Below, one piece after another: positions 1-16,429 of a stretch of DNA of 64,000 bases. This DNA comes from Eledone cirrhosa. Its lineage: Eukaryota. Each line of letters starts with the position of its first letter. Position 1 is the stretch's first letter. The stretch is from assembly GCA_964016885.1 (NCBI GenBank), contig OZ024741.1, positions 98,766,001 to 98,830,000 on the forward strand. Reading direction: 5' to 3'. The notes below the pieces were generated by a model. The model searched no databases and was not told where the DNA came from. It was given only the letters and a program-made list of their open reading frames with translations. A program made the translations under genes and the position numbers.

Positions 1-676
1 GAGCCAGCAAAATATTGACCTGCAAAATTCATCAGTTCGAACACTAAGCTTCCGTTTTGCTTCATTTCCATTTAAAAGCATTTTAAAACAATATTTTTAC
101 TTGAAAACAAGTCTATTTAAAGACTACGTAAAACAAGCAAATATTTCGTCGTTAGGCGTGCAGACAGACAGTCGTGCAGACAGACAGTCGTGCAGAGAGG
201 TGATATACGCGTGCAGACAGATAGTCGTGCAGAGAGGTGATATAGGCGTGCAGACAGACAGTCGTGCAGAGAGGTGATATAGGCGTGCAGACAGACAGTC
301 GTTCAGAGAGGTGATATAGGCGTGCAGACAGACAGTCGTGCAGAGAGGTGATATAGGCGTGCAGACAGACATAACTGATAATTTGGTTACGCTAATGTTT
401 TTCTCTGCGTTGCAGTGTTTACATTTTCGATCTTTGTTAATAAATAACCAGTGCAGTTTTTATCCCCAGCATCCTCTTTTGTTATAACATTCGGGTTATC
501 GTTATGTTTTCTTAACTTCATAAGGCATATTGTTGGTTGAGGGAATATTAATCAAAAACACCACATGCAAGTCTGCACAGTAGACACTACAGTTTTTAAG
601 CCAAAAAAGAAACTTAACATTGTAACTTTAACACAGCTACTGAGCGACCCCGAGCAACGCCGGGCTTTACTGCTAG
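1..676 (+). mobile_element. Non-autonomous Helitron, copy 1 (5' end outside window)
   Basis: Ends in GC hairpin CCCGAGCAACGCCGGG (649-664) then CTAG (673-676), the canonical Helitron 3' end. Near-identical to 1191-1541 apart from an internal segment. Confidence 0.8.
153..371 (+). repeat. 37-bp minisatellite inside Helitron
   Basis: Unit AGGCGTGCAGACAGACAGTCGTGCAGAGAGGTGATAT, about 5.5 copies (e.g. starts at 244 and 281). Absent from Helitron copy 2. Confidence 0.95.
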
Positions 677-1541
677 TCTATATATATAAAACTGAGGTTG
701 TCTGTCTGTCTACTAAAACCTTCGGCACACATCTCCTCTTAAACCGTACGTTCAAATTTCGGTGAAATTGCTACACTTATAGATGAAGGTCCGGCGGAAC
801 CATCGGTCAAATAAATTTTCAAATAAGTTCTTGTTTTTGATTATGTCATCTATATATATAAAGCTGTGGTTGTCTGTCTGTCTATCGATTTTTGGCACAC
901 ATCTCCTCTTAGAATCTCTGACGGAATTGCACCGAAATTGCTATACTTGTACATTGAGCCCTAGCGAAGACATCGGAAAAAAAATATTTCAAATTGACCC
1001 ACCCTATGTGACGAAATCGAATCTAATATATCGATTTTTGAGCGTAAGTGACGAGTTATTTCCCTTTGTTCTGTTTACATTGAGCGTCTTACGTTCTGTT
1101 TACATGTTCTGCGTGCAAAAATTAAAAAAATTACGCTGGCTTTCTCAGCGTTTAAAATGACATTAACACAATACACGAACGAACAGTTGTCGAGCCAGCA
1201 AAATTTTGACCTGCAAAATTCATCAGTTCGAACACTAAGCTCCCGTTTTGCTTCATTTCCATTTAAAAGCCTTTTAAAACAATATTTTTACTTGAAAACA
1301 AGTCTATTTAAAGACTACGTAAAACAAGCAAATATTTCCTCTTTTGTTATAACATTCGGGTTATCGTTATGTTTTCTTAACTTCATAAGGCATATTGTTG
1401 GTTGAGGGAATATTAATCAAAAACACCACATGCAAGTCTGCACAGTAGACACTACAGTTTTTAAGCCAAAAAAGAAACTTAACATTGTAACTTTAACACA
1501 GCTACTGAGCGACCCCGAGCAACGCCGGGCTTTACTGCTAG
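677..1541 (+). mobile_element. Non-autonomous Helitron, copy 2 (head-to-tail, second 5' end at 849)
   Basis: Starts TCTATATATATAAAACTGAGGTTGTCTGTCTGTC directly after the CTAG of copy 1. Second A|TC start at 849. Ends with the same hairpin and CTAG|T at 1538-1542. Confidence 0.8.
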
Positions 1542-1732
1542 TTAGGTATAAAATTAAAGTTTAAAATGCTTATATACATACCAGGATTAAATCACTAAAT
1601 CCCGACCCATGGGTTTCGTTCTCATTTTGAGATATCCTATTAAGGATAAATCTCGAGTTTCGAACTCTTCAGGGGACAAACTCGCTAGGACAGATTATTT
1701 TCAGAAGTGGAAAAAAAAAATATATATATATA

Positions 1733-1925
1733 TAAGTTTATCCCGGGTTCAATCGGGGGTAACCACAGTAAGTAGGGTACTCAATACAAAGTAGAGTATA
1801 AATATTTAATATAGAAAAGGCTTCTACAGGACTAGAGCTGTTTCATCCGAGAGAAATCATCAGGAAGCGCTTCCTGATGATTTCTCCCGAATGAAACAGC
1901 TCTAGTCCTGTAGAAGCTTATTCTA
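1733..1925. mobile_element. Short PLE-type fold-back with HHR-like core
   Basis: Palindrome centred at 1868/1869 (arms ~1810-1925), flanked by (TA)n. Each arm reads CTGATGA-stem-GAAAC, but stem I is not clearly formed. Same family end at ~32537-32560. Confidence 0.6.
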
Positions 1926-1935
1926 TATATATATA

Positions 1936-2115
1936 TATTAAAATAACAGATTAAAGTTTAAGCAAAGAATCGGTGCTTTCACCCTTAACGGGATCTTTTG
2001 TTTAAACTTTAATCTGTTATTTTAATATATTTGCTCTAGGGTTCTTATATTTGATATATATTTATCCTTATTGAGCCCTCATTAGATTTTAGTCTTCACA
2101 TTTATTATTATTATA
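1936..2115. mobile_element. PLE family A pseudo-LTR fold-back fragment
   Basis: Matches the family A terminal repeat (AATAACAGATTAAAGTTTAAGCAAAGAATCG...) and then its reverse complement, between (TA)n runs. Confidence 0.8.
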
Positions 2116-2330
2116 TATATAGGCATTTTTTCTTCTTCATCTAACTTTTTATAGTATATATATATATATATATATATATAAGTTTTCTTCTTTGCAGTCA
2201 TATGCAAAAATAGGAAGCTGATATCACTATCGCTGCATTGGTAATGGACTACCAGAATATGCCGAAAGTTTGCGTTCAAATCGGAGCGAGATCTATTTGG
2301 CTTTCATATTTCCGAGGGTTGATGAAATAA

Positions 2331-2541
2331 TTGTTTTTCCTTAAGGCCAACAATTTTTTTAAGGGGAGGGGAAAGTCGATTAAATCGACTCCAGTACATT
2401 ACTGGTGCCTTATTTTATCAACCCCGTAGGATGAAAGGCAAAGCTAAGCTCAGCAGGATTTGAACTTAGACCGTAAATGGGCGTAACTATGCTGCAACTC
2501 ATGGTGTCCGACCCTCTACCGATACTGCCAATCCACCGCCC
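2331..2541 (-). mobile_element. tRNA-derived Nin/Deu-domain SINE with 16-bp TSD
   Basis: Reverse complement of the consensus (A box TGGCAGTATCGG, B box GTTCAAATCC, core GCCTTTCATCCT..GGGGTCGATAAAATAAAGTACCAG). TSD at 2315-2330 and 2545-2560 with 1 mismatch. Confidence 0.85.
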
Positions 2542-3727
2542 TGAAGGGCTGATGAAATAATACAAATAAAATAAAACAGCCGATTTCATCATGTGATGTT
2601 GGTATATATTAATCTTATTGGCCGAAGAGGATATAAGTCCCCAATATTCGCAGTATTGCTGTAAGGACGTGTGTATTATTAACTAATACATGTTAACAAC
2701 TATCTGTATCTAATATGTATTGTTGCATCATTATAATAATAATTATGCAACAATCCTAAACAATTTCTATGAGATATGGCACTAAGATATGACTCAACGT
2801 AAGGAGATATCATTGCTGAAGCCTTAGATTTTGAACTCGGTGGCGCGATAACTCCTACAAAGTTTAAAATACCAGCCGACAATATGACACACTGAAATCC
2901 TTGCTTGTGAGTTCAAATCATCTTCTGGCTTTTCTTTATGCTTCTGTGTAGACACATATTTTACATTGTCAACAAAGGAACGAAGGAGTGGACATTTACG
3001 TAGTCGCCTAAACTGCTAGATATAGCCATCATATTTCCTAAATTCGCACTCTAATAACTTTTGCTAATTAGAATTTGGTTTTTCGATCCGACATAGCGGA
3101 TACGCAAATGCATTCATGAATTTTACATCGAATAATAGTAATATTCGATTCGTTTGCAAGCAAACAGCCTCATCACGCTATGTTTTTTAGATGACCATCA
3201 CCATCCTTTTGTTCTAGCGGTGACCGACAAAATTGTTTCTAGGTTATTGCTCTTTGCCAAGAAAGTGTAATTCTTTTCTTTTCTATCATTCACTAGAACT
3301 CTTGAGAATATATAGTATTGTCTGAAGTATACATCGGCTGATTAGTACTGCTGGTCCAAGCGGGATCACAGCACCTGACACAAATCAAAGTACGATGCTT
3401 TGGAGTAAAAAGCGAGACAAAACAGCAACTTATATCAATTATGCTATGACAAGTGAACATATAATTTCACGTGACGACTAGGGAAAGGTATTGTGCCTTT
3501 TATAGCACGAAATTCTCGTGAGTGAAAAAAAGAAAAAGAAGGAAAATGGGAAGAAGAAAACAAGATATCATGTTAAAAATGTGATCCATTGAAATTAATG
3601 GGGGGAGAAGAGAAAACACGTTCGTCACAAGTTAGTAATGATAAACTTAGGAAAATCAACAAACAGAGGACAAGACTATGAACGAAAACAAGGGAGAACG
3701 AAAAACAATTCTCTTTTAGGGAAAACC

Positions 3728-3776
<49 letters not shown>

Positions 3777-4182
3777 GCGTTTGTAGGTCATTATAAATAT
3801 AGAGGTACACATAGGTATCTCTCCTCTACCACAGGGATTGATATAACTAGGGAACGGTTATTTAAGCATGTCCGATTAAACTCACGAGTTGGCACACATA
3901 CGTAATTAATTATATATATATATGTGTGTGTGTGTGGGTGTGTATGCGTGTGTGTGTGTGTGTGTGTACATTTGTAGTTATATATATATGAACGGGATTA
4001 ACTATTTATAATTTTCTCTATGTGGGTGTAAGAGTAAAGAAAATATGATAATATTTATACAAGAATGCATGTTTAAATAAGTAAAATTTATAATGCAATG
4101 ATACTATAAACATAAGGTTCGGAAACCTGGCCCACACAGATTGTCGGGCAGAGATATATAAATACATATATATATACATGCA

Positions 4183-4232
<50 letters not shown>

Positions 4233-4469
4233 TACATACATGAGTAAAATTATGTGAAAAGAACACTAAACCCATAAAAGTTAATAATATATTAAAGTGT
4301 AGCTTATCAAGCATTACCAGTTGTTTCAAAGGCGCAAACAGGTCTATACAGCTACAAACATTCAACATAGAGAATGTGTGCGCATATATACACACTCTAT
4401 GCACACAAACACACACACACACATATATACATATATATATATATATAAATATATATATATATATTATTG

Positions 4470-4670
4470 CTGTCTACTATTAGCTTTGCGGTGTAGATTA
4501 CGTCCCTTTCTGTTCTGAGCTCAAATGCCACCGAAGTTACATTTGCCTATCATCCTTACGGGGCCGATAAAATATAGTACTAATAACGCACTGGGCTCGA
4601 TTAAATGACCCCCCCCCCCCCCCCTTAAAAAAAAAAAAAAAAATTTGGCATTGTGTCTAAATCAGGAACC
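4470..4670 (+). mobile_element. Diverged copy of the same SINE family
   Basis: GTTCTGAGCTCAAATGCCACCGAAGTTAC...CATCCTTACGGGGCCGATAAAATATAGTAC... Confidence 0.7.
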
Positions 4671-5274
4671 ATCAAGAGCTTTATAGCATTCCCTACATTT
4701 CAGTATGTTCTGATAAGCCTTAATCTCGTTACGACAACGGAGTGGAGCATATTTCGCTAGTTACAACTCATAAAACCGAAACATATCCGTTGCTTTCACC
4801 ATTTGGCCTTAAAAACCTGATACATTCCAAGCGGGATAATTTTTATTTCAAATAATTTAGATCAACTTTAATTGTTGGAGTTGTTCAGCTTACTTTTTTT
4901 TTTATTAGATTTTAAACATACCCAGAAAAATGTTTATATAGAAATTGCTTGCATGATATTAGTTGATGGAAGTTATAAACTGACTGTATTACACATTTAA
5001 AACCTTCCCGTATCTAACATGAACATATAATGATCTAATAAAACAAGCCGAGGAATTCCAATTAAGTTAGTTCTAATTAATTTTGATGCAGTCAAATGTT
5101 CATATATCAGACAAAATGTTTAAAACCTAGTAGTATACGTTTGGCAGTTCTTCAGTTAGTATTCAAGGAACGTTGCACAACATACTATAGAGAAATGTGA
5201 TTTAATTTACTTTTTCAAGTAAATATGGTTTTAGGTTTATTCTAAAATTATTTCAATGCTTTAATGAGAAATAA

Positions 5275-5487
5275 GGATTTCTACTTGAGGCACAAGGCCA
5301 GTAATTTGAAGAGGAGACTAAAGTCGATTAAATCGACCCCAATGCATTACTGGTGATTTATTTTATCGACCCCGTAAGGATGAAAGGCAAAGTTAACCTC
5401 GGCGGGATTTGAACTCAGATCGTAAAGGACCGTAACTCTATGCAGCAAAGCATGGTGTCCGACGCTCTACCGATACTGCCAATCCAA
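5275..5487 (-). mobile_element. tRNA-derived SINE with 15-bp TSD
   Basis: Near full-length reverse copy. TSD TTTAATGAGAAATAA at 5260-5274 and 5490-5504. Confidence 0.85.
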
Positions 5488-5766
5488 CTTTTAATGAGAA
5501 ATAATGGTTCCGAATATATCTGTTGCGTTTTACTTAAGTTTTGTACGGTTCTATATTTATAGGGAGAATTAGAATAATTAAGAAACGAGAGCATACATAC
5601 ACACCTTGATGACTTGCATGTTTCAGGTAGCACTCAGAAACGACCGCTTATGCACACACGCACACGCACACACACACACACGTGTTTTCCTCCTGAAAAG
5701 TTCTTTCAGGAAAACATTTATTGAGGAGGAAAACATTTTTTGGTGTTTTCTTTCTTTTCTCACTCG

Positions 5767-5808
<42 letters not shown>

Positions 5809-5929
5809 TCCGATTAAGGACTAACACCAGAAACGGTAAGAGAACATTTTCCATGCGTTAAACTAAGATATATCATGTTACTGAATTGTTCATCTCTTTT
5901 GTTTTTCCTTCTTGAATTTTCTCATATAT

Positions 5930-6062
5930 TTATTTTATCGACCCCGTAAGGATGAAAAGCAAAGCTAACCTCGGCGGGATTTGAACTCAGAACGTAAACG
6001 GCCATAACTCTATGCCACTAAACATGTCTGACGCACTACCGATTCTGCCAATCCACCGCCCC
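5930..6062 (-). mobile_element. tRNA-derived SINE, 3'-truncated
   Basis: TTTTATCGACCCCGTAAGGATGAAAAGC...GATTTGAACTCAG...CTGCCAATCCACCGCCC. Confidence 0.8.
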
Positions 6063-7166
6063 TCCAACACCGCTCCTCCAACGTTGTCGGTTGTTTACCT
6101 TTTCTTTTGCTGGTGAATATCGGTACGTATGTTAAAGTAAAAACACCGTAGTAACCCTCCAAAATATCTAAGAAAACTGTATACATCACTGACCGTGCTA
6201 GAGTTGTTCTCACTGATGATTTTATTAGTACAATCCATTAATGGGACAGTAAAAATATGTAAAACATTCCAAAAATTGTGCATCTAATATCTGCATATAC
6301 ACATGTACAGATACAAAGCGTATGCACATGCACACATACAACTCAAAACATACACATCAACACATACAATAACATCCATACCTGCACACACATGCATGCT
6401 TGCAGACACGCATACATATCTGCCTAGTTGATGTTGTGTAAATTCCAATGAGAGAGTATTGTAACTACGAGTCTTGCACTCGACCAATCCCACTCTATGA
6501 GTATCAAAAACACTACCCGAAAAGAAGAACTGGTCAACATCATCGGATGCTTCCGAAGCCGCATTTTTTTTTTTTTTCAGAGTTGCCTTCTCTTAGAAAG
6601 GTGTTGTGACTACAACTGGGGGCCTTTCACTCCCAGGCGAAAAGAAAAAGGTACTATTTGAATGGCTGTTAACTCTGCTGAGTTCCTCCGCCCTTTGCCA
6701 GGTCTTGTATTTCATCCCGCATAGTGTCCAAATATCACCCTCCTCACCAAGTTAACTTGGTGGGGTGCCGGTTCAGTCGTCGACGACCCGGCCATGAGAC
6801 AGGTTTTACTGGGTTACATGTTACCAGTAGTACTCGAGAGCGACCTGACATACATACATACATACATTATACATGCTTCACGCAATTAGTCGTACATATG
6901 GTGTGGAAGACCATTCATTAAATTAAAGATGAATATTATCTTCAACATTACTAATGCATCAACTACCAGCCTTCTTAATTACCTTGATATTACCTGACCA
7001 CGTTCAGCGAAGACACTTTGTATTCAAAACCGTAGATATAGCCATCACAAAATTAGCATTATGATTTTAGGATTTACTGCAAACCGACTCGCTGGATAAC
7101 AACTTCGAGAAAGGTAAACGGAATCCTTTAGTTGTAAACACAGACTAAACCGAAATATAATTACAA

Positions 7167-7557
7167 AAAACGTTCATTAAAATTAGAGGGGCCTCTCGTA
7201 CTTTTCAGTTACATAGACGCAGACTGCAAGAGGAAATGTTAAAGACTTTCTGGTTCTCTATGGCAGGCAGGGAGTTACGACCTAATAATTGTTTCTATTT
7301 TTGCCACATAGCCAGCAATTATCCCAGTGCATACTGGTGCTTTTTTTATCAACCTTGTAAGGAATAAAGGTAAAGTTAACCTCGGCGGGATTTGAACTCA
7401 GAACGTAAAGGGTCATAACTCTATGCGACAAAGCATGGTGTCTGATGCTCTACCAATACTGCATAGATTACCAGAAAGCTTTCGACATTTCATCTTACAG
7501 TCTACGTATATGTAACTGAAAAGTGCGAGAGGCCTCTCTAATTTTAATAAACGTTTT
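7167..7557. mobile_element. MITE-like inverted repeat split by a SINE
   Basis: Arms ~7167-7255 and ~7470-7557 are diverged reverse complements, with a SINE between them. Confidence 0.6.
7286..7462 (-). mobile_element. tRNA-derived SINE
   Basis: Reverse copy of the SINE consensus (…CTCGGCGGGATTTGAACTCAGAACGTAAAG…). Confidence 0.8.
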
Positions 7558-8734
7558 CGCATGAAAAATAGTCGAACAAATTAGGCATATAAACCTCTAT
7601 ATTCGGAGAAACCTGAATAGTATCGATTGAGGAAATCGAATTCACATTCGCCGTATGCGCTATAGTTAAAGCCTGTCTCACAATAAGTAATATATTTTCA
7701 AAATTCAAATTTGCTCAACACCTTGTAAAACGATTATTGGAAGATACAGCAGTGACATCTGCCATCCCTACAATTATTAATATCACAAGTGTCATAGCAT
7801 CGGTAAATACAATCTTTATTTCCACTGACATCACAATCACTCAATACCACTCCTTCACAAAGGCGGTCACCATCACTCACTCGATAAAATCTATTACTAT
7901 TTCTACCAACATTGCCAGCACTAACATCATTAGCAGAAACATTATGATCACTACAAACGCAACCAACATCACTACCACTTCATTAATCAAACCATCACTA
8001 TAATCATCACCTGCACTCACACAAACAACAACAATAACAGCAATGCCATTTTCACTGCTTACTCTCTCCCCGTCGGGTGTTCGGTTCCATGTTTTAACAG
8101 ATTTTTTACTACGCTAATCCAGCATATAAATAGTGTGCACACAGCCCAAACGGCGCCATTTACTTACCACCCTCCACAGCACCCAGCACACCTCTATCGT
8201 CTTACCTACGTGCTTACCTGCTTACCTACCTACCTCAACAATACCCTCCCCCCACTATTCTATACACCCTCCTGTTCTGTGTAATTCCCTCTATTTCCAT
8301 CCAACCGATCCGAAGAATACAAGTTTACTTTTTAGTTTCTTAGATCATTGCTACATTACACTTTTCACTTAACATCATTACATTCTCTCCATCTTCATCT
8401 ATTTAAATGTATACATGTATATGTATATGTACCAACATATACATATTCACATTCAAACACAAAAATGTATGTAAGCATGCAACTATGTAGTTTTTGGTTT
8501 TACTTTTCTTCTTTCTCGCCAATAGAGGAAGGGCCGATATCCAACCCTATAAACAAGGCACCCTCATTGGAATTTGTTCAACACAGCTATATAGTCATGT
8601 AATACACATGTATGAGTGTATGAATGTATGTGTGCATGTGTTTTCATAAATTTATATACATATACCTTTATATATATACATACATATACGTGTACGTATA
8701 TACATACGGTGTATTCAAATAAGCATATATGCAT

Positions 8735-8893
<159 letters not shown>

Positions 8894-8904
8894 TATAAAT
8901 GTAA

Positions 8905-9115
8905 TCTGGGTTTTTCGAATATTAATAATATTATATTCGTTTGAAATTATGCGAACAGCCTCTTTATTTTATTTTTTAAAGCCATGTCAGTAGAATGAGC
9001 ACCTCATTCTTGCTCTTGTGTTGGCATGTAAATAGAACTGCAGACACTAATGTTTCTGGGTAATACCCTTCATCAGTGCAGTTCACTGTTCACTTGCCAA
9101 CTGTCAGAGCATAAC
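8905..9115 (-). mobile_element. PLE-type family D terminal repeat
   Basis: Homologous to 18520-18725 and 18935-19087 (fragment at ~3130-3175). Abuts microsatellite and carries an HHR. Confidence 0.7.
9035..9084 (-). ncRNA. Type I hammerhead ribozyme (family D)
   Basis: Minus strand: GAACTGCA-CTGATGA-A GGGT att ACCC A-GAA-ACATTAGTGT-C-TGCAGTTC. 8-bp stem I, GUC cleavage triplet, self-complementary stem III. Confidence 0.85.
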
Positions 9116-9129
9116 GGCCTCTCATCGCC

Positions 9130-9283
9130 ACGCCTCCGAAGGGAAAAGCAAAGTCCGATATAGTTTGGCAGTAGTGGCATCGTGAATCATTTCTACAGCT
9201 GACTAAACCGGAAAAACGTGAAAATAAATGTGTGTGGGAACCGAACTCACATCCTCACGATTGTGAATCCATGGCTATAACAT

Positions 9284-9285
<2 letters not shown>
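9130..9285 (-). mobile_element. Fragment of a second SINE-like family
   Basis: …CATTTCTACAGCTGACTAAACCGG…GTGAAAATAAATGT…GGAACCGAACTCAC. Reverse B-box-like GTTCGGTTCC. Confidence 0.45.
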
Positions 9286-9353
<68 letters not shown>

Positions 9354-9543
9354 ATCACAGTAATCACTGGAAATTGAAAATGATGCTCTTCCAGATGAGA
9401 GGATATTGGCATGTGTTTTCAGGTAAATATTAAGTTCAAACCTAGCGGCACAGAACTTCTGACAGTCAGAGTATATCAGCCAGCCCGGAAGTGATAACGC
9501 GTATTCGCCCAGACATTCTCATATACACGCGCACACACTAACG

Positions 9544-9622
<79 letters not shown>

Positions 9623-9653
9623 CTTTGAGTATCCGTTGGTTGCTTACCTACAC

Positions 9654-9692
<39 letters not shown>

Positions 9693-9695
9693 ATG

Positions 9696-9732
<37 letters not shown>

Positions 9733-9929
9733 ATTTATATATGTATGAATCAAATTTTGCATGAATGTAAGTATGCGTGTATTTATGAATATAAGTATGT
9801 ATGTACATAATTATGTCAGGCTCAAGGATAAAAATATGGTTAAATGTTGCCTTGGCTTTGCCAAAATCAACTCCGAGTATCATGTCTCTAATCGGGAGTG
9901 TTAATTGCTGAAGTATCACCTAGTATATA

Positions 9930-9975
<46 letters not shown>

Positions 9976-11109
9976 ATGTGTGTGTGTCTGTGTGTGTGTT
10001 GATTGTGTGTGCGTGTGTGGATACATACATATATATATGTGTGTGTGTGTGTGTGTACATCACATGAATATGTGTGGCTGTGTGTTTATATATGAATGAA
10101 TTATAGACATACATATAAACATATATCCGTTCCTTGACTCCCCCCATCGCTATTTCATCACACTGATTCTACTACCACATTTACATGTTTGCCAAGTAAC
10201 CGAACCCTAACTTATTAGTCTATATGATGCCTCTCACATCGCCCCACAGCCTCCCAAACACCTTTTATCATCATCATCGCTTCTACCTGTGCCACTAAAC
10301 TCTAACATAACCACAACCACTATTATCTCAAATATTAACTTCATTACATTTTGAGTCAATGTCTGAGCCTCCCTACAATTGTTCTATGGCCTAGAAATAA
10401 CAGCTATATTTTTCCTCAAATCACGTTTTACTGTCTTGTTAAAAGACTAAGATGAATTAGTAAGATGTGAAAAATGCATGACAAACTACCGTTTGGTATG
10501 GTCAAGATTGAAACACGCTTGAACTTACACGCTTGAACTTACGGCTGCTCGATCAGGCGTGACAGGGGCTAAACAAAACAACATCAGCAGCCACAGCTTT
10601 AGAAACTACATCATATCCACACTATATACAGCATCCTTACCAACGCCACCATGACAACCATCATCATCTCCACCCGTCATCAACACCACCGCCACCACGC
10701 TTACTATCTATCCCTTCTCTCGCATCCAGTTTTTTTAACTCCCACCGTTACCACCACCAAACCGGAACTTTGCTAATTGGCCATATGTTGGTCGTCTTGT
10801 CTAGCTTTACCTATGGGCTATCTTCTGACATATGTAACACTTATACGGCTCACTAGCTCTTACACCTACGTATACCACCACAATCACCACCATCCTAAGA
10901 TATCTTAACTCTCACACTGATGCACCCCCTACAATTATTATCTTCGTCCCTTATCAGCATCACTTCTTTTACTTTCTTTACACCTTCCTTTCCCTCTAGT
11001 TCTCATTTCCACGTGTTTTATATATATATATAATATAACATGTGTGAAAGTACCAAGATACAAATAATTATATATTTAAACAAGCCCACGCACAGGCAAG
11101 CACGCGTGC

Positions 11110-14315
<3,206 letters not shown>

Positions 14316-14516
14316 ATACTTGGGGAGGGTCATATTTGTGTAATATTGCCAGAATTAATAACAGAACACACTCACTGTTTGGTTGGTTTTCGCTTTTTGC
14401 TTCTGTGTCTTTTATATCGGTAATCTAATTTATTCGGTCCTCAATGTTGCCATTGACTGACCAACGGTCAAAAATAATACAGATACAATATAGACACAAA
14501 CACATATATATAGTTT

Positions 14517-14558
14517 ATCAAAGTTCTTTCGTTGCACATCTGCAACATCGTCAGTGGT
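14517..14558 (-). ncRNA. Type I hammerhead (family F)
   Basis: ACCA-CTGACGA-T-GTTGCA gatg TGCAAC-GAA-AGAACT-T-TGAT. Confidence 0.7.
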
Positions 14559-14620
14559 GCTATAGATTCCTCCCGTTGCATTGTATTTCTACGCCATCTT
14601 TATTTAGTCTGTTTATATAT

Positions 14621-14667
<47 letters not shown>

Positions 14668-14909
14668 TTTGTTTGTTTGTTTATTTTATTTTGTCTTCTT
14701 TGCGCATGCATTTGCGTGTGTGTATAGTGTTTTGTTTGATGTGTGTTCGTGATTGGATTACTGTGTATTGGTTAATGTATTCTATGTTTACTAGTGTGTG
14801 TTTATATGTGTTTGTTGTTATTGTGCTTGTGTATGTATTTATTTATTTATTTATCTATTTATTTATACTTCTCTTAGGTCAGTGTTATTTGTTTGGGTGT
14901 TGTTGTTAT

Positions 14910-15290
14910 TCCATTCATTCTTTCTGTTTAGCCTTGGCCTTCTAAGTTCTATTTCACTGGCCTCTCTGATTTGCTTATCTGCTGGGTCATTTCTATGTTT
15001 AGATATTATTCTAATTTCTATGTTATCTATGTTACCGTCGTGTTGTTGTCTGGCATGTTCGTATAGTACTGACCCGTTTTTTCGTCCTTTTAGTTCCCCC
15101 AGTGTTGGTCTATCCTTTCACCTATGCTACGAGCTGTCTCGCCTATGTATGTTGTTGTCATGTTTCTGCAAGTACCCTCTGTACATCTTATGCTATAGAC
15201 TACGTTTCTAGTTTTACAGTTTATCCGGGGGTTTACCTTACATATGATACATTTCCTATTAGTACAGTGGGTTTTCTTAAAAGGGTAGGT
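14910..15290 (-). pseudogene. GIY-YIG endonuclease fragment of PLE
   Basis: Minus strand aligns with the 55500-55880 peptide and reads NCKTRNVVYSIRC…TTTYIGETARSIGERIDQH, retaining YIG. Confidence 0.8.
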
Positions 15291-15400
15291 TTTATATATA
15301 TATATAGTAATAATAATATATATATATAGTAATAATAATATATATATATAGTAATAATAATATATATATATAGTAATAATAATATATATATATATATATA

Positions 15401-16344
15401 GTATTAATATTAAAATTGAAGACTAAAATCCAAAGAGGGCTCGATAAGGATAAATATATATCAAATATATAAGAACCCTAGAGCAAATATTTTTTAAAAT
15501 AACAGATTAACGTTTAGGCAAAAAATCGTAGCTTTCACCCTTAACGGGATCTTCTGAAACTAACAAAGTCAATCTGTGAACACAGAAGTGAATATTTCAA
15601 AAAACGTTGCAACCGAAGGAAAACAGGAAGACGATACTGTGGCTCGTGGATACGTTCCCTGGCAATGAACGGAAAAAAGCGAAGATAATACGACATTATT
15701 TGGAGCGTTGAGAACAATTACACGCAAAGACAAAACCACGTTTATAGTATAAAAGAAGTCGTAGACTAATATTCTATTTAGGTGATTCGTGGATACGTTC
15801 CCTGGCAATGAACGGAAAAAAGCGAAGATAATCCGACATTATTTGGAGCGGTGAGAACAATTACACGCAAAGACAAAACCACGTTTATGGTATAAAAGAA
15901 GTCGTAGGCTAATATTCTATTTAGGTGGTTCGCGGAGACATTCCCTGGCAATGAACAGGAAAAAAGCGAAGATAGCACGTCATTGTGTGGAACGGTGAGA
16001 ACAATTACACGCAAAGACAAAACCACGATCATGATATAAATGAAGTCGCAGACTAATATTCTATTTAGGAAACCGAATGATTCTCGGCTTCAGAGTTAAG
16101 AATAATGTAAATAAATTACAGAGGTTATTGAAATCAACAATAATTAAATATATACATACACGCATCCATATACATACACATGCATACGCGAAAACCACAT
16201 GCATACGCGAAAACACTCGCCATGGTATGCATATACAAGCACGTACACAAAAACACGCGCATACATACAACAACCTGTACCCGCAACACCTGTACCCGCA
16301 GGTATACGAACGTATACACTAAATACGCATAAAAAATATATAAA

Positions 16345-16429
<85 letters not shown>

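Larger units (their letters stand above)
14311..15290 (-). mobile_element. PLE family F (GIY-YIG fragment, 3' region, HHR)
   Basis: Reverse-complement homolog of 55500-56437. Terminus TGACCCTCCCCAAGTATAACAA abuts (TA)n. Confidence 0.85.

Noticed and set aside
153-371. 37-bp repeats as a CRISPR array
   Set aside because: Contiguous tandem units with no unique spacers, inside a eukaryotic Helitron.
2700-2895. Short ORF in a less repetitive patch
   Set aside because: No recognisable motif or paired splice sites.
10380-10590. Old dispersed repeat with CTAGAAATARCAGC (also ~3010, ~19655, ~60300, ~63075)
   Set aside because: Probably real, but too degenerate to delimit or classify by eye.
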